From Deltaproteobacteria bacterium (GTDB taxonomy: Bacteria > Myxococcota_A > Polyangia > Polyangiales > JADJMO01), in the NCBI GenBank assembly GCA_025363655.1, contig JANYDK010000081.1, positions 29,132 through 93,131 on the forward strand: a DNA stretch of 64,000 nucleotides, read 5' to 3'. Position 1 is the stretch's first letter. Each line of letters opens with the position of its first letter. Positions 9,195 to 19,746 of this stretch are shown here, piece after piece. The translations under genes and the position numbers were made by a program. The notes below the pieces were generated by a model. The model had not been told where the DNA came from and made no database searches. It saw only the letters and a program-made list of their open reading frames with translations.

Positions 9195-10007
9195 TCACGC
9201 GCCCGTCACGCGCCAGGAATGCGTGTAGATGCCGACCTTGGGCGGCCTGAGGAAGGCGAGGAGCGTGATGCCGAGGCGGTCGGCCAGATCGATCGCGAGG
9301 GACGAAGGAGCGCTCACCGCGGCAAGCAGAGGAACGCGCGCGACCGCTGATTTCTGGACGATTTCGAATCCAGCGCGACCGGAGACGAGGAGCGCGCGAC
9401 CATGCAGCGGGACCTCGCCGCGCCGTACGTAGTGCCCGATCACTTTGTCGGTGGCGTTGTGGCGACCGATGTCTTCTCGAACGGCGAGGAGCTCACCGAG
9501 AGGCGCGAAGAGGGCCGCTGCGTGGAGCCCGCCGGTGGCGTCGAAGGTCGGCTGCGCGGCGCGCATGCGGGCCGGCATCTCGAGGAGGTGAGCAAGCGCG
9601 AAGGTGGTGTCGTCCTCTTCGCGGGTGATCGATTTCACCGACACGCCGATCGCGTCGAGGGTCGCCTTGCCGCAGAGACCGCAGGAGCTGGCCGCATAGA
9701 ACGAGCGCTTGGCGCGCGAGACGTCGAGCGTGTGCGGAGCTGCCGGCCGCGCAACCACCACGTTGCGCGGCTCGGGCTCCTCGTCGCCCGCGAAGCCGAG
9801 ACTTTCGAGCTCGCGGATGTCGCGGATCGCCGTCTCGGTGAAGAGAAAACCAGCCGCGAGGTCGAGATCGTCGCCCGGCGTGCGCATGGTGACGGCGATC
9901 GATTCGCGCTCGATGCGAATCTCCATCGGCTCTTCGACGACGACGTGATCGAACGCGTCGGTGCCGTCGGCGCGCCGGACCGCGCGCGGCGTCGACTTGC
10001 GGAGCAT
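9195..10007 (-). CDS. fdhD: formate dehydrogenase accessory sulfurtransferase FdhD
   Basis: SSCGLCGK cysteine loop, GGLHAAALF, and EDIGRHNATDK. Confidence 0.9.
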   Translation of the reverse strand: MLRKSTPRAVRRADGTDAFDHVVVEEPMEIRIERESIAVTMRTPGDDLDLAAGFLFTETAIRDIRELESLGFAGDEEPEPRNVVVARPAAPHTLDVSRAKRSFYAASSCGLCGKATLDAIGVSVKSITREEDDTTFALAHLLEMPARMRAAQPTFDATGGLHAAALFAPLGELLAVREDIGRHNATDKVIGHYVRRGEVPLHGRALLVSGRAGFEIVQKSAVARVPLLAAVSAPSSLAIDLADRLGITLLAFLRPPKVGIYTHSWRVTGA

Positions 10008-10054
10008 GTCCGAGAATCGGCCGCGTCGCTGCCGGCGGTCAACTCACCGCAGTC

Positions 10055-10519
10055 TCACTGCCAGTGGCCGGGGACCCAGTGCCAGTGCTTCGCGTTCTTG
10101 TCCCAGTGACCGCCGATCCAGACGGCGCCCGATTTGCTCGCGAGGTGCCAGTGACCGCCGATCCAGAGGTAGCCCTTGCCCTTGTGGAAGGCCCAGTGAC
10201 CCTTGATCCAGACGTGATTCGACGAGGGCGCGGGCGGTTGGGCCTCGACCTGCGGCGCAGGCGGAGCGACGTCGGCCTCGGTCTCGGCGGGCTGCTCTTC
10301 GGCGACTTGGATGGTGCTGCCGACGACCGGGGCGGCGACGACCGGAGCGGCCACCGGCGCAGGAGCAGCGACGGGAGCGGCCACCGGATCGGGCGCGGGG
10401 GCCGGAGGAGGCGCGGCTGCGGCGGGCGGCGCCGAATACTCGCGCACGGTGCAACCGACTCCAGCAGCGAGCGCCGTGAGCGCGAACACGACCGACAACC
10501 GACGTGACGAAGTAGGCAT
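10055..10519 (-). CDS. lipoprotein with WxxGxW repeats
   Basis: Trimmed to ATG 10519 (MPTSSRRLSVVFALTALAAGVG|C). A Pro/Ala-rich linker is followed by C-terminal repeats VWIKGHW, LWIGGHW, VWIGGHW, WVPGHW. Confidence 0.7.
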   Translation of the reverse strand: MPTSSRRLSVVFALTALAAGVGCTVREYSAPPAAAAPPPAPAPDPVAAPVAAPAPVAAPVVAAPVVGSTIQVAEEQPAETEADVAPPAPQVEAQPPAPSSNHVWIKGHWAFHKGKGYLWIGGHWHLASKSGAVWIGGHWDKNAKHWHWVPGHWQ

Positions 10520-10632
10520 GGGAACCTCGTGAAAAGTGGTGGTACCCGGATGAGACGGTCGTGCAGCCCGAGGCATGCACCGCGACCGACGATTTCGTAT
10601 TCCGGTGGGATACGCGCGAACGCGGCAGATCG

Positions 10633-11217
10633 TCAGCGCCCGATGTCTTCTGCGCAATCCCAATCGACCAAGGAAGACGTTTCTTCATCATCGAGGTCGA
10701 GCTTGCGAGCCTGCACGAGCGGAAGGAGGCGCTGAAGGGACAGCTCGCCTTCCGCGAGGCGCCGCGCCGCGAGGTCACGCACCGTCCACGCATATCGCGC
10801 CACGAGGGGCTGCCAAAGGTCGCCGACGAAGGGCGAGAGCGTCTGCGAAACCTGCGGCCGCGCCAACTTCTCGAGGACGCTCTCGGCGAGCCTCGGCAGA
10901 TCACACGCGAGCACGAGGACGTCTTCGCCGGGCGTCGCTTCGAGGAGCGCGACGAGGCCTCCGAGTGGCCCGGCGTCGTCGCGCGCGTCGAGGATCAAAG
11001 GCAAACCGAGATCGAGCGCGAGGTACGGCGCCGCGCGATGTTCGCCGCCGACGAAGACGGGCTCGAGACCTGCGCCGCGCGTGATGCGCACGAGACGCTC
11101 GACGATCGTCTCCCGCGTCTCGCTCGTCTCGTGCGACGACGGCGTGACGGCGAGCAAACCTTTGGGCATTCCACCCATGCGACGCGAATGACCGCCGACG
11201 AAGAGCCCGACGCGCAC
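10633..11217 (-). CDS. mobA: molybdenum cofactor guanylyltransferase MobA
   Basis: N-terminal GGHSRRMGGMPKGLL nucleotidyltransferase motif and LACDLP. GTG start. Confidence 0.8.
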   Translation of the reverse strand: MRVGLFVGGHSRRMGGMPKGLLAVTPSSHETSETRETIVERLVRITRGAGLEPVFVGGEHRAAPYLALDLGLPLILDARDDAGPLGGLVALLEATPGEDVLVLACDLPRLAESVLEKLARPQVSQTLSPFVGDLWQPLVARYAWTVRDLAARRLAEGELSLQRLLPLVQARKLDLDDEETSSLVDWDCAEDIGR

Positions 11218-11286
11218 GCCGTGACCCTAGCAGCTAGTCTCCTTCGCCGGCGACATCGCGCCGGCTAGCGCGCCTGGACCTCGCGA

Positions 11287-12389
11287 TTGCGCTCGATTAG
11301 CGTCGCGTTCGTGAGCCAGAGGTCAGCGCGTGATTCGACGAAAGGCCCGAGCTCACGCGTTCCGGTCAAGCGCCGCACGCTGCGCACCATCGCGGTGACG
11401 GGCGCGGCTTCGTTCCTCGGACGCAACTTGGTCGGAGTGCTGGAAGAGGACGAGAGCATCGCGCGCATCGTCGCCATCGACGTCGAGCCGCCGCCCACCG
11501 CCGGCGCGAAGACGCGGATGTATCAGCTCGATCTCACCGGTCCGGGCGTCGAGGTGCAGCTCGCCGAGCTGCTCACCGCCGAAGAGGTCGACACCGTCGT
11601 CCACCTCGCGTTCCTCTCGTCGCCCTCGCACGCCACCGCCTATGCGCACGAGCTCGAGTCGGTCGGCACGATGCGCGTCATCACCGCCGCCCGCTCGGCG
11701 CGCGTGCGCAAGTTGGTGCAGTGGTCGACGACGCTCTTGTACGGAGCCCTCCCAACCAACCCCAACTTCCTCAGCGAAAAGCACCCGCTCCGAGCCAATC
11801 CCGACGAGCCGTTCTTCGCCGACAAGATCGCAGCCGAGGTCGACGCCGGTCGCTATGGCGCCGGACGTGGTGGCGCGGTCGTCACCATCCTCCGCACCGC
11901 GCCGATCCTCGGCCCCACGGTGCATAACTATCTTACGCACTATCTCGCGCGAAAAGCCGTGCCGACGATGATGGGCTTCGATCCGCTGATGCAGTTCCTC
12001 CACGAGGTCGACGCCATCGCCGCCTTCAAGCGCGCGATCGATCGCGACGTGCCGGGCACCTTCAACATCGTCGGCGATGGCGTGCTGCCGCTCTCGACGG
12101 TGGTGAAGCTCTCTGGTCGACTCGGCGTGCCGGTGCCGCACCCGATCGCGCGTCCGATGTTGCAGGCGATGTGGGCCGCCCACCTCGCCGAGGCGCCCGG
12201 ATGGTTCATCGACTACCTGCGGTTCCTCTGCGTCGCCGACGGCGAGAAGGCCCAGCGAGAGCTCGGCTTCGCGCCGATGTACAGCACCCGCGAAGCCCTC
12301 GTCGACTTCACCAGCGCACAGCGGCTCCGCGACGTCCGCCTCTTGAACGATCCGGCGCAGACCCGCGCCGAAAAATCGGCGGCGACGTC

Positions 12390-12393
<4 letters not shown>
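11287..12393 (+). CDS. NAD-dependent epimerase/dehydratase (SDR family)
   Basis: Rossmann motif VTGAASFLGRNL and extended-SDR length. The start is uncertain (TTG 11287 or GTG 11311). Confidence 0.75.
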
Positions 12394-13652
<1,259 letters not shown>

Positions 13653-13669
13653 CGGCGCGCGCGACGAGG

Positions 13670-13957
13670 CTAGCCGAACGCCCGTTTTTTCCGGGCGGCG
13701 ACGACGCAGCCGACGGCGACGAGGACGACGGCGGTCATCGTCCAACGATCGCGGCGCTCACGAGCTTCGGTCGCGGCGGACAGCGCGAGGATCTCGTTTC
13801 GTCGCTTGCGCAGGTCGCGCTCCATCGCGGTGAGCATCGCCACGGTACGAGGCGCGCCACCGGCCGCGGTGCTGCGGTGCGCGCGCGGCCTGGCCATCGC
13901 GCCCGTCGTCGAGACGAGCGCGAGCGAGACGATCGAGGCCATGACCCAAGCGCGCAC
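13670..13957 (-). CDS. small hypothetical membrane/secreted protein
   Basis: 95 aa. It has an N-terminal hydrophobic signal (MRAWVMASIVSLALVSTTGA), a C-terminal TM (AVVLVAVGCVVAA) and high GC3 in this frame. No family motif was found. Confidence 0.4.
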   Translation of the reverse strand: MRAWVMASIVSLALVSTTGAMARPRAHRSTAAGGAPRTVAMLTAMERDLRKRRNEILALSAATEARERRDRWTMTAVVLVAVGCVVAARKKRAFG

Positions 13958-13968
13958 CGAGATGGCAT

Positions 13969-14922
13969 ATGACGACTCCCGTCGTGCACCAAACCACGAG
14001 GATTCCCATCGGCGCTGGCGGCGTTCTCGTCGTCGACAAGCCGCGCGGCCCGACGTCCCACGACGTCGTCAGCCGCGTTCGGCGGCTCTTCCACACGCCC
14101 GAGGTCGGACACGCCGGCACGCTCGATCCGATGGCCACGGGCGTCCTCGTGGTCGCGCTCGGCGAAGCGACCAAGCTCGTCTCGTATCTCACCGCCGACG
14201 ACAAAGCCTACGAAGCCACGTTGCGCCTCGGCGTCGGCACCGCCTCGCTCGATGCCGAAGGTGAGGTCGTCGAGACGAGGCCGACAGATTCGACCTGGCT
14301 CGACGAGAACGCGATCGCGCACGCCCTCGAAGTCGAGCGCCGACGAACCGCGCAGGTGCCGCCGCAGGTCTCGGCGATCAAGATCGACGGCGTCGCTGCG
14401 CACGCGCGCGTTCGTCGTGGCGAGTCACTCGACATGCCGCCGCGCGAGGTCGCCGTACGTTCGCTGATCATGCGAGAAAAAAGGCTCGATCCACCAGAAA
14501 TCGATCTCGCGATCGAGGCTGCCAAGGGTTACTACGTGCGTTCGCTCGGACGTGATCTCGCCGCGACGCTGGGCACGGTGGGACATCTCGTCGCCCTTCG
14601 ACGCGTACGCAGCGGAAGCTTCGGCATCGAAGGTGCGTGGCCGCTCCCAGAGAACGTTCGCGAGGTGACGACGCCGCCCGCGCTGCTCTCGCTCGCCGAC
14701 GCTGCCAGGCGCGTGCTCCCGCCCTCGACGTTGACGGAAGAAGGCGTGCTGCGCGCGCGGCAAGGAAAGAAGCTCGACGACGGTTGCTTCGACGGCGAGC
14801 CACGAGACGGGCCAGCGGCGTGGTTCGACCAAGCGGGCACGCTGGTGGCCATCGGCGAACGTCTTCGCGACGACGACGGCGCGGCGTTCGCGCGCGTGAT
14901 TCGTGGCTTTCGGGTGTGGTAG
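13969..14922 (+). CDS. truB: tRNA pseudouridine(55) synthase TruB
   Basis: VDKPRGPTSHDVV and GHAGTLDPMATGVL (catalytic Asp motif). Confidence 0.92.
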   Translation: MTTPVVHQTTRIPIGAGGVLVVDKPRGPTSHDVVSRVRRLFHTPEVGHAGTLDPMATGVLVVALGEATKLVSYLTADDKAYEATLRLGVGTASLDAEGEVVETRPTDSTWLDENAIAHALEVERRRTAQVPPQVSAIKIDGVAAHARVRRGESLDMPPREVAVRSLIMREKRLDPPEIDLAIEAAKGYYVRSLGRDLAATLGTVGHLVALRRVRSGSFGIEGAWPLPENVREVTTPPALLSLADAARRVLPPSTLTEEGVLRARQGKKLDDGCFDGEPRDGPAAWFDQAGTLVAIGERLRDDDGAAFARVIRGFRVW

Positions 14923-14953
14923 GCGAAGCACGCGTGGACTACACTCGGCCTCG

Positions 14954-15562
14954 ATGCTCGGGCTCGCGGTCACGACGGACGAGAAGTGGGTGGAGGCCGC
15001 CCTCGCCGACGTCGACGCGCTCCTCGTCGATCACGCGCACTGCGAGATGAAGGCGGCGAGCAACGCCATGTCGCTGATCGTCCGCCACGGCGATCGCCCC
15101 GAGCTCGTCTCCGCGCTGACGCTCCTCGCCGAGGAAGAGCTGGCGCACTTTCGCCGGGTCCACGAGCTGCTGGTCGCGCGAGGAAGAGCGCTCGGCCCGC
15201 CGCCGATCGACCCGTACGCCGCCGAGCTGCGGAAGGTCGCGGCACCCAAGGGAAAGAGCGTCTCTCTGGTCGACCGCTTGCTCGTCGGTGCGCTCATCGA
15301 GGCGCGCTCGTGCGAACGCTTCAAGCTCCTCGCCGAGCGTTGTCCCGACCTCGAGCTCCGCGCTTTCTACGCCGAGCTGCTCGCGTGCGAAGCCGGGCAC
15401 TATCGCACCTTCGTCGATCTCGCCATCGCCGAGGGCGCGCGTGACGGAATCGACGCCAAGGCGGTGCGCGTTCGATTGAGCGAGTTGAGCACGGCCGAGG
15501 CGACCATCGTCGCCCAACTCTCCGGCGGCGCCGTCGAGACGCGCGCGACGGTGCACGGGTGA
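14954..15562 (+). CDS. miaE: tRNA-(ms2io6A)-hydroxylase MiaE (ferritin-like di-iron)
   Basis: DHAHCEMKAAS plus two ExxH ligand motifs (ELAH, EAGH). Trimmed to ATG 14954 (MLGLAVTTDEKW). Confidence 0.85.
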   Translation: MLGLAVTTDEKWVEAALADVDALLVDHAHCEMKAASNAMSLIVRHGDRPELVSALTLLAEEELAHFRRVHELLVARGRALGPPPIDPYAAELRKVAAPKGKSVSLVDRLLVGALIEARSCERFKLLAERCPDLELRAFYAELLACEAGHYRTFVDLAIAEGARDGIDAKAVRVRLSELSTAEATIVAQLSGGAVETRATVHG

Positions 15563-15566
15563 TGCA

Positions 15567-16985
15567 GTGAGCACGACCGACCTCTTCAGCATCGACCGCA
15601 AAATCGTGCTCGCCGCGCGGGCGCTCGATGGCTGGCGTGGTGAGCTCCCGGTCAGCGATCGCAACGACGACGACGACGCGATCGGCGCTTGGAAAGAGCT
15701 GGCGACCCGCAACGCCATCGAGTCCGCGGCCAAGTCGACGCTGGCGCCGATCGCGACCACGCCGGCGCTCCTCCTCTCGACCGGCACCGTCGACGGGCCG
15801 ACGCTCACCAGCGTCGAAGATCCCCTCGCTGCCCTCCGGCCCGCGGTCACGAGTTGGTGCGCGCACCTGCTCATCGCGCGCAGCATCCGCGACGCTACCG
15901 CCGCCCGCGCGGCGCTTCTCCGCGACGAACGCGACTGCGACGCCAACGGAAGGCCGGCGTCGCTGCGCGCGATGCTCCGTGCGCTCGCTCGTCCTCGCCA
16001 AGCGGGTGGTGTCCCCGAAGGACGCGCCGCGGCCTGCATCGAAGATCTCTCGCCGCAGACGCTCGACGGCATCGTCGACGAAGAGACGCGCCGTCGCGAG
16101 CTCGCCGAAGGCATCGCCCAGGCGAAGTGCTGCTACGACATCGACGAAGCGGTGGTCGCCGAAGCCGACGCCTTCCTCGCGTCCACCGCCGATCAAGCGA
16201 AAGACCTGTTTTCCTGGGGTCTCCGCGCTTGTTCGCGGGCCACCAAGTCACCGACTTGGGTCGACGCCTTCTTCGTCCGCCGCGCCGCCGACGTTTCCGA
16301 GGGCTGGCCCTCGTCGCTCTCCGCGCGTTGGATCGCCGAGCTCGCGCGCGGCACCGAGTTGGTGAGCGGCCTCTCCCTCGACGTCCGCGTCGACGCCGGC
16401 CGGCTCGCGCCCCACGCCGATCACGCCTGCCTTCGACTCGCCCCTCCGACGGGCGCGTGGACCTTCTCGCGCGCGCTCTACGCGCTCGGCGCCGCGCTGC
16501 GAATGCACGGTCGCGACAAGAACGCGCCCTTCTCCTCGCACACGGTCCCGCACGACACGCGCCCGTGGATCCTCGCCGAGGCTTTCCAGGCCCTCGCCTC
16601 GACGCCCGTCTTCCACGCGCGTGCACGTGGCGTCGCCAGCGCGAAGGCCGAGAGCTCCGCGCGTCGTCTCACCACCACGCGCCTCCTCGAACGTCGACAC
16701 CTCGCCTTCCGCGTCAAGCTCTCGGCCGAGCTTTCGAAGAGCCGACGCGTCTTCCTCGACGCCTTCAGCGAAGGTGTCGAAGACGCTCTTCTCGGCTCCG
16801 CGCCGCGCGAAGCGGCTGCTTTTCTCGGCGCGCCAGGCCCCACTGGCTTCGCCGACGACGCCGCCCGCTTCCGCGCCATCGCCCCCGGCGAGAAGCTCGC
16901 GCGCGAGCTCGTCGAACGCTTCGACGCCGACTGGTGGCGCAACCCCAAGGCCGCATCGTGGATCCGCGACCGGTGCGCGCGCTAG
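15567..16985 (+). CDS. hypothetical protein
   Basis: GTG start 4 nt after the miaE stop. Composition is normal over 472 aa. No motif I can name. Confidence 0.55.
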   Translation: MSTTDLFSIDRKIVLAARALDGWRGELPVSDRNDDDDAIGAWKELATRNAIESAAKSTLAPIATTPALLLSTGTVDGPTLTSVEDPLAALRPAVTSWCAHLLIARSIRDATAARAALLRDERDCDANGRPASLRAMLRALARPRQAGGVPEGRAAACIEDLSPQTLDGIVDEETRRRELAEGIAQAKCCYDIDEAVVAEADAFLASTADQAKDLFSWGLRACSRATKSPTWVDAFFVRRAADVSEGWPSSLSARWIAELARGTELVSGLSLDVRVDAGRLAPHADHACLRLAPPTGAWTFSRALYALGAALRMHGRDKNAPFSSHTVPHDTRPWILAEAFQALASTPVFHARARGVASAKAESSARRLTTTRLLERRHLAFRVKLSAELSKSRRVFLDAFSEGVEDALLGSAPREAAAFLGAPGPTGFADDAARFRAIAPGEKLARELVERFDADWWRNPKAASWIRDRCAR

Positions 16986-16994
16986 GCGACCATC

Positions 16995-17786
16995 TCACGG
17001 CTCCGGACCGAGCGGCGTCGATGCCGCCACCACCTCGACGACGACGCGCTTCTTGTCGGAGCCGCCGTAGGTCTTGCCCTCGAAGAGGTAGATCATCGCG
17101 TCGTGCGACATGTCGATGACCGGCGTGCCGTACGTCTTCTCGTTCTTGCAGTTGGGCCCGCGATCGAGCGCCGCGAGAACGACACGTTTGCCGTTGAGGC
17201 AGTTGGTGAGCCTGATGCGCGTGCCGCAACCGAAGCGATCGGCGTCGGCGGAGAACCACTTGAGCGTCGATTCGCAGGTCGGTCCGTCGCTGATGCCGGG
17301 GCAGAGGCCCTTGTCACCGCAGGCGAAGAGGCAGTTGTCGGTCGGGTCTTTCACCAACGTGCCGTCGGGCTTCTTGTAGCAACCGAACCAGCTCGTCGAG
17401 TACAGCGAATCGGCTGGTTTTTCCGTGGAAGTGTTGCCGCTCGAGGCGTCGCAAACCGAAGGCGGAACGAGCGGCTTGCTCGAGAATCCTTCGCAGAGCG
17501 TGCCGAGCGCGTCGGACGGCGCGTCCTTGGCGACGTCTGCCAGTGCATCGGCTGCGACGTCGGCCTTGCTGCCCGTGTCGCGTGACGTCGTGTCGTCGGC
17601 GACGTCGGCACCCGGAGAATCGAGGCCCGCGCCATCGAGGCCCGCGGAATCGAGCGCGGCGTTCGAATCGTCGGTGCTGGCATCGTCGGGGATCGCGTCA
17701 CCCGTGCTGCTCGAGCAACCCGTCATGGACCCGTACGCGATCGCGAACGCCGAGGCGACGAGGGAAGCAACCGCATGACGACGCAT
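16995..17786 (-). CDS. lipoprotein with RlpA/expansin-like double-psi beta-barrel C-terminal domain
   Basis: Trimmed to ATG 17786 (MRRHAVASLVASAFAIAYGSMTG|C). An Asp/Ala-rich spacer follows. The C-terminal segment CGTRIRLTNCLNGKRVVLAALDRGP...IDMSHDAMIYL resembles DPBB domains. Confidence 0.65.
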   Translation of the reverse strand: MRRHAVASLVASAFAIAYGSMTGCSSSTGDAIPDDASTDDSNAALDSAGLDGAGLDSPGADVADDTTSRDTGSKADVAADALADVAKDAPSDALGTLCEGFSSKPLVPPSVCDASSGNTSTEKPADSLYSTSWFGCYKKPDGTLVKDPTDNCLFACGDKGLCPGISDGPTCESTLKWFSADADRFGCGTRIRLTNCLNGKRVVLAALDRGPNCKNEKTYGTPVIDMSHDAMIYLFEGKTYGGSDKKRVVVEVVAASTPLGPEP

Positions 17787-17800
17787 CGAGGGAGAATGCC

Positions 17801-19300
17801 TCAGGTCTTGCGGAGCGCCAAAGCCGGCCCGAGCACGCCGGCGACGTCGGTCTCGTCCCCTTCGTCGGTCTCGTCGACTTCGTGGGTGCTCACGGCGATG
17901 TCGGGGAGGAGCGCGCCGTCCTTGAGACGATAGAGCCCTCCTTCGACCTTTCCGTCGCGTGCCCCCTCCGGCCGACGCAACCAAACCACAGGTTTTCCAG
18001 GCGGATTGTCGCTTTCGAGATCGGTCTCGTCGACCGGCGGGGCCCACGAGCCGGAGTTGGCGTAGATGACGCCGTCTTGCACCTCGGCGTGCGGGATGTG
18101 CGTGTGGCCGAAGACGACCGCGCGCGCGTCGTAGATCTTGGCGATGCTCCGCGCGACGTCGTCGATTTGTTCGTACTCGTCGTGCAGCGGCCGGCGCGGC
18201 GCGATCAGCTCGTAGGCGACGCCAGCCGCGAGCGCGCCGAGCGCCATGAAGAGACCGAGCTTGGGCTTGAACGCAGCGGTGACGAGACCGGCGACGCCGA
18301 CCACCGCCAGCGCCGCGTGATCGAGGCGAAGCTCGCGGACGACGCGCTGCGGATCGGCATCGGCAGGTTCGGCGAAGAGCTCGGCGTGCTTGGTGATGGC
18401 GCGTGCGTCGAGCGTCAGCAACTTCGCGTAGGCCGCGCGCGAGCTCGCCGCTTGATCGCGAATGGCGGCGAGCACCTCCGCCTTGGGCCGACTCCGAAGC
18501 AGCTTGCTCACCACCTTGAGCGCGCCGAGGAACCACGTCAGCGCCAGCGACCGACGCGAGAAGAGGTAATAGCGCGCCCAGTGACCGAAGTAGCTCGGCA
18601 CCGAGAGGAGGAACGAGCGCTCGTCGTAGGCGTTGAAGAAACCCATCCGCGAGATGAGGTGCCGAAAGGCGAGCGAGCCGACGGTAGGCTGGATTTCTCG
18701 GCCTCGCACGTCGAGCGGATGGAGCGGATCGCGAAACGAACAATAGGCGTCGTACTGATGCCCGTGCTCGACGTGGATGCCGTCGTCGGTCTGGAAGAAC
18801 CAGGGCACGACGGAGACGTGACGCGGATCGACGCCGTCAGCGTCGGCTGGCGCGAGCGCGAGGACGGCGTTGCGAAGGTGCTCTTTCACCGCCGGCAGCG
18901 CCAGTTGCGCGTCGTGATTGCCGGCGATGAAGACGACGTGATGTCCGTCGGCGACGATGCCAGCGACGGCACGGAAGAAGATTTCGTGATCGCGCATCAC
19001 CCGCGCCATCATCTCGACTGCCTCTTCTTCACTGCGCGGCGCATCGGTGAAGCGACTCTTGCCGTCGATGACCCTCGGCGCCTCGAACTCGAAGACGTCG
19101 CCGTCGAAGACCATCTCCAGCCGATCGCCGACGCCGAGGCGATGGGCGATGATTTGCCGCAGCCGAACGAGCGCTTCGTCGGGGAAGAAGCGCCGCTGAC
19201 GGTAGCGCAGCCACGCCGCCTCTCCCGGCTCGGCCTCGGAGAGGTGCACGTCGGAGATGACGATGGTGTGCCGCACCGGCCGCGCCAGCATGCTCTCCAT
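17801..19300 (-). CDS. metallophosphoesterase with large hydrophobic insertion
   Basis: Motifs DVH, GDVFE, GNHD, HGH and GHTH appear in order. A roughly 200-aa insertion with hydrophobic helices lies between HGH and GHTH. ATG 19300 (MESMLARP). Confidence 0.8.
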   Translation of the reverse strand: MESMLARPVRHTIVISDVHLSEAEPGEAAWLRYRQRRFFPDEALVRLRQIIAHRLGVGDRLEMVFDGDVFEFEAPRVIDGKSRFTDAPRSEEEAVEMMARVMRDHEIFFRAVAGIVADGHHVVFIAGNHDAQLALPAVKEHLRNAVLALAPADADGVDPRHVSVVPWFFQTDDGIHVEHGHQYDAYCSFRDPLHPLDVRGREIQPTVGSLAFRHLISRMGFFNAYDERSFLLSVPSYFGHWARYYLFSRRSLALTWFLGALKVVSKLLRSRPKAEVLAAIRDQAASSRAAYAKLLTLDARAITKHAELFAEPADADPQRVVRELRLDHAALAVVGVAGLVTAAFKPKLGLFMALGALAAGVAYELIAPRRPLHDEYEQIDDVARSIAKIYDARAVVFGHTHIPHAEVQDGVIYANSGSWAPPVDETDLESDNPPGKPVVWLRRPEGARDGKVEGGLYRLKDGALLPDIAVSTHEVDETDEGDETDVAGVLGPALALRKT

Positions 19301-19419
19301 TGTACGGCCACCCCGATCGTGCGCCACGTCATCCCTCGGTCAGCGGCGACGTGCGATCGGACAAATCCACGGCGGTTTGCGGTGAAGCGAGGGAGCGCCG
19401 CGCCGTCTCCGTCGCACCC

Positions 19420-19746
19420 ATGAACACCACCCGACTCCTCTTCGTCGCCCCCTTCCTCCTGCTCGCCGGCGGATGCTGCAGCGCGCAAGTGAACATCCTC
19501 CCCAAGGAGGCGGGCCAAGCACAGGCCGTCTCGACCAGCAGCAAGGAGTCGTGCGCGCTCGAGAAGGCGCAAGACCGCGCCGCCGAGTACTGCGCCAATG
19601 CCGGCAAGCACTACGTCGCCGTGAAGCAGGACTCGAAGTACCAGGGCGCCGATCCGACCGCGAAGATGGCCGTCGGCGCGCTCTTCGGCTCGAAGGGCGA
19701 CACCAGCCAGGACTACAGGGTGACGCTCGATTTCAAGTGTGAGTAG
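19420..19746 (+). CDS. small lipoprotein
   Basis: Trimmed to ATG 19420. Lipobox present (MNTTRLLFVAPFLLLAGG|C). Confidence 0.6.
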   Translation: MNTTRLLFVAPFLLLAGGCCSAQVNILPKEAGQAQAVSTSSKESCALEKAQDRAAEYCANAGKHYVAVKQDSKYQGADPTAKMAVGALFGSKGDTSQDYRVTLDFKCE

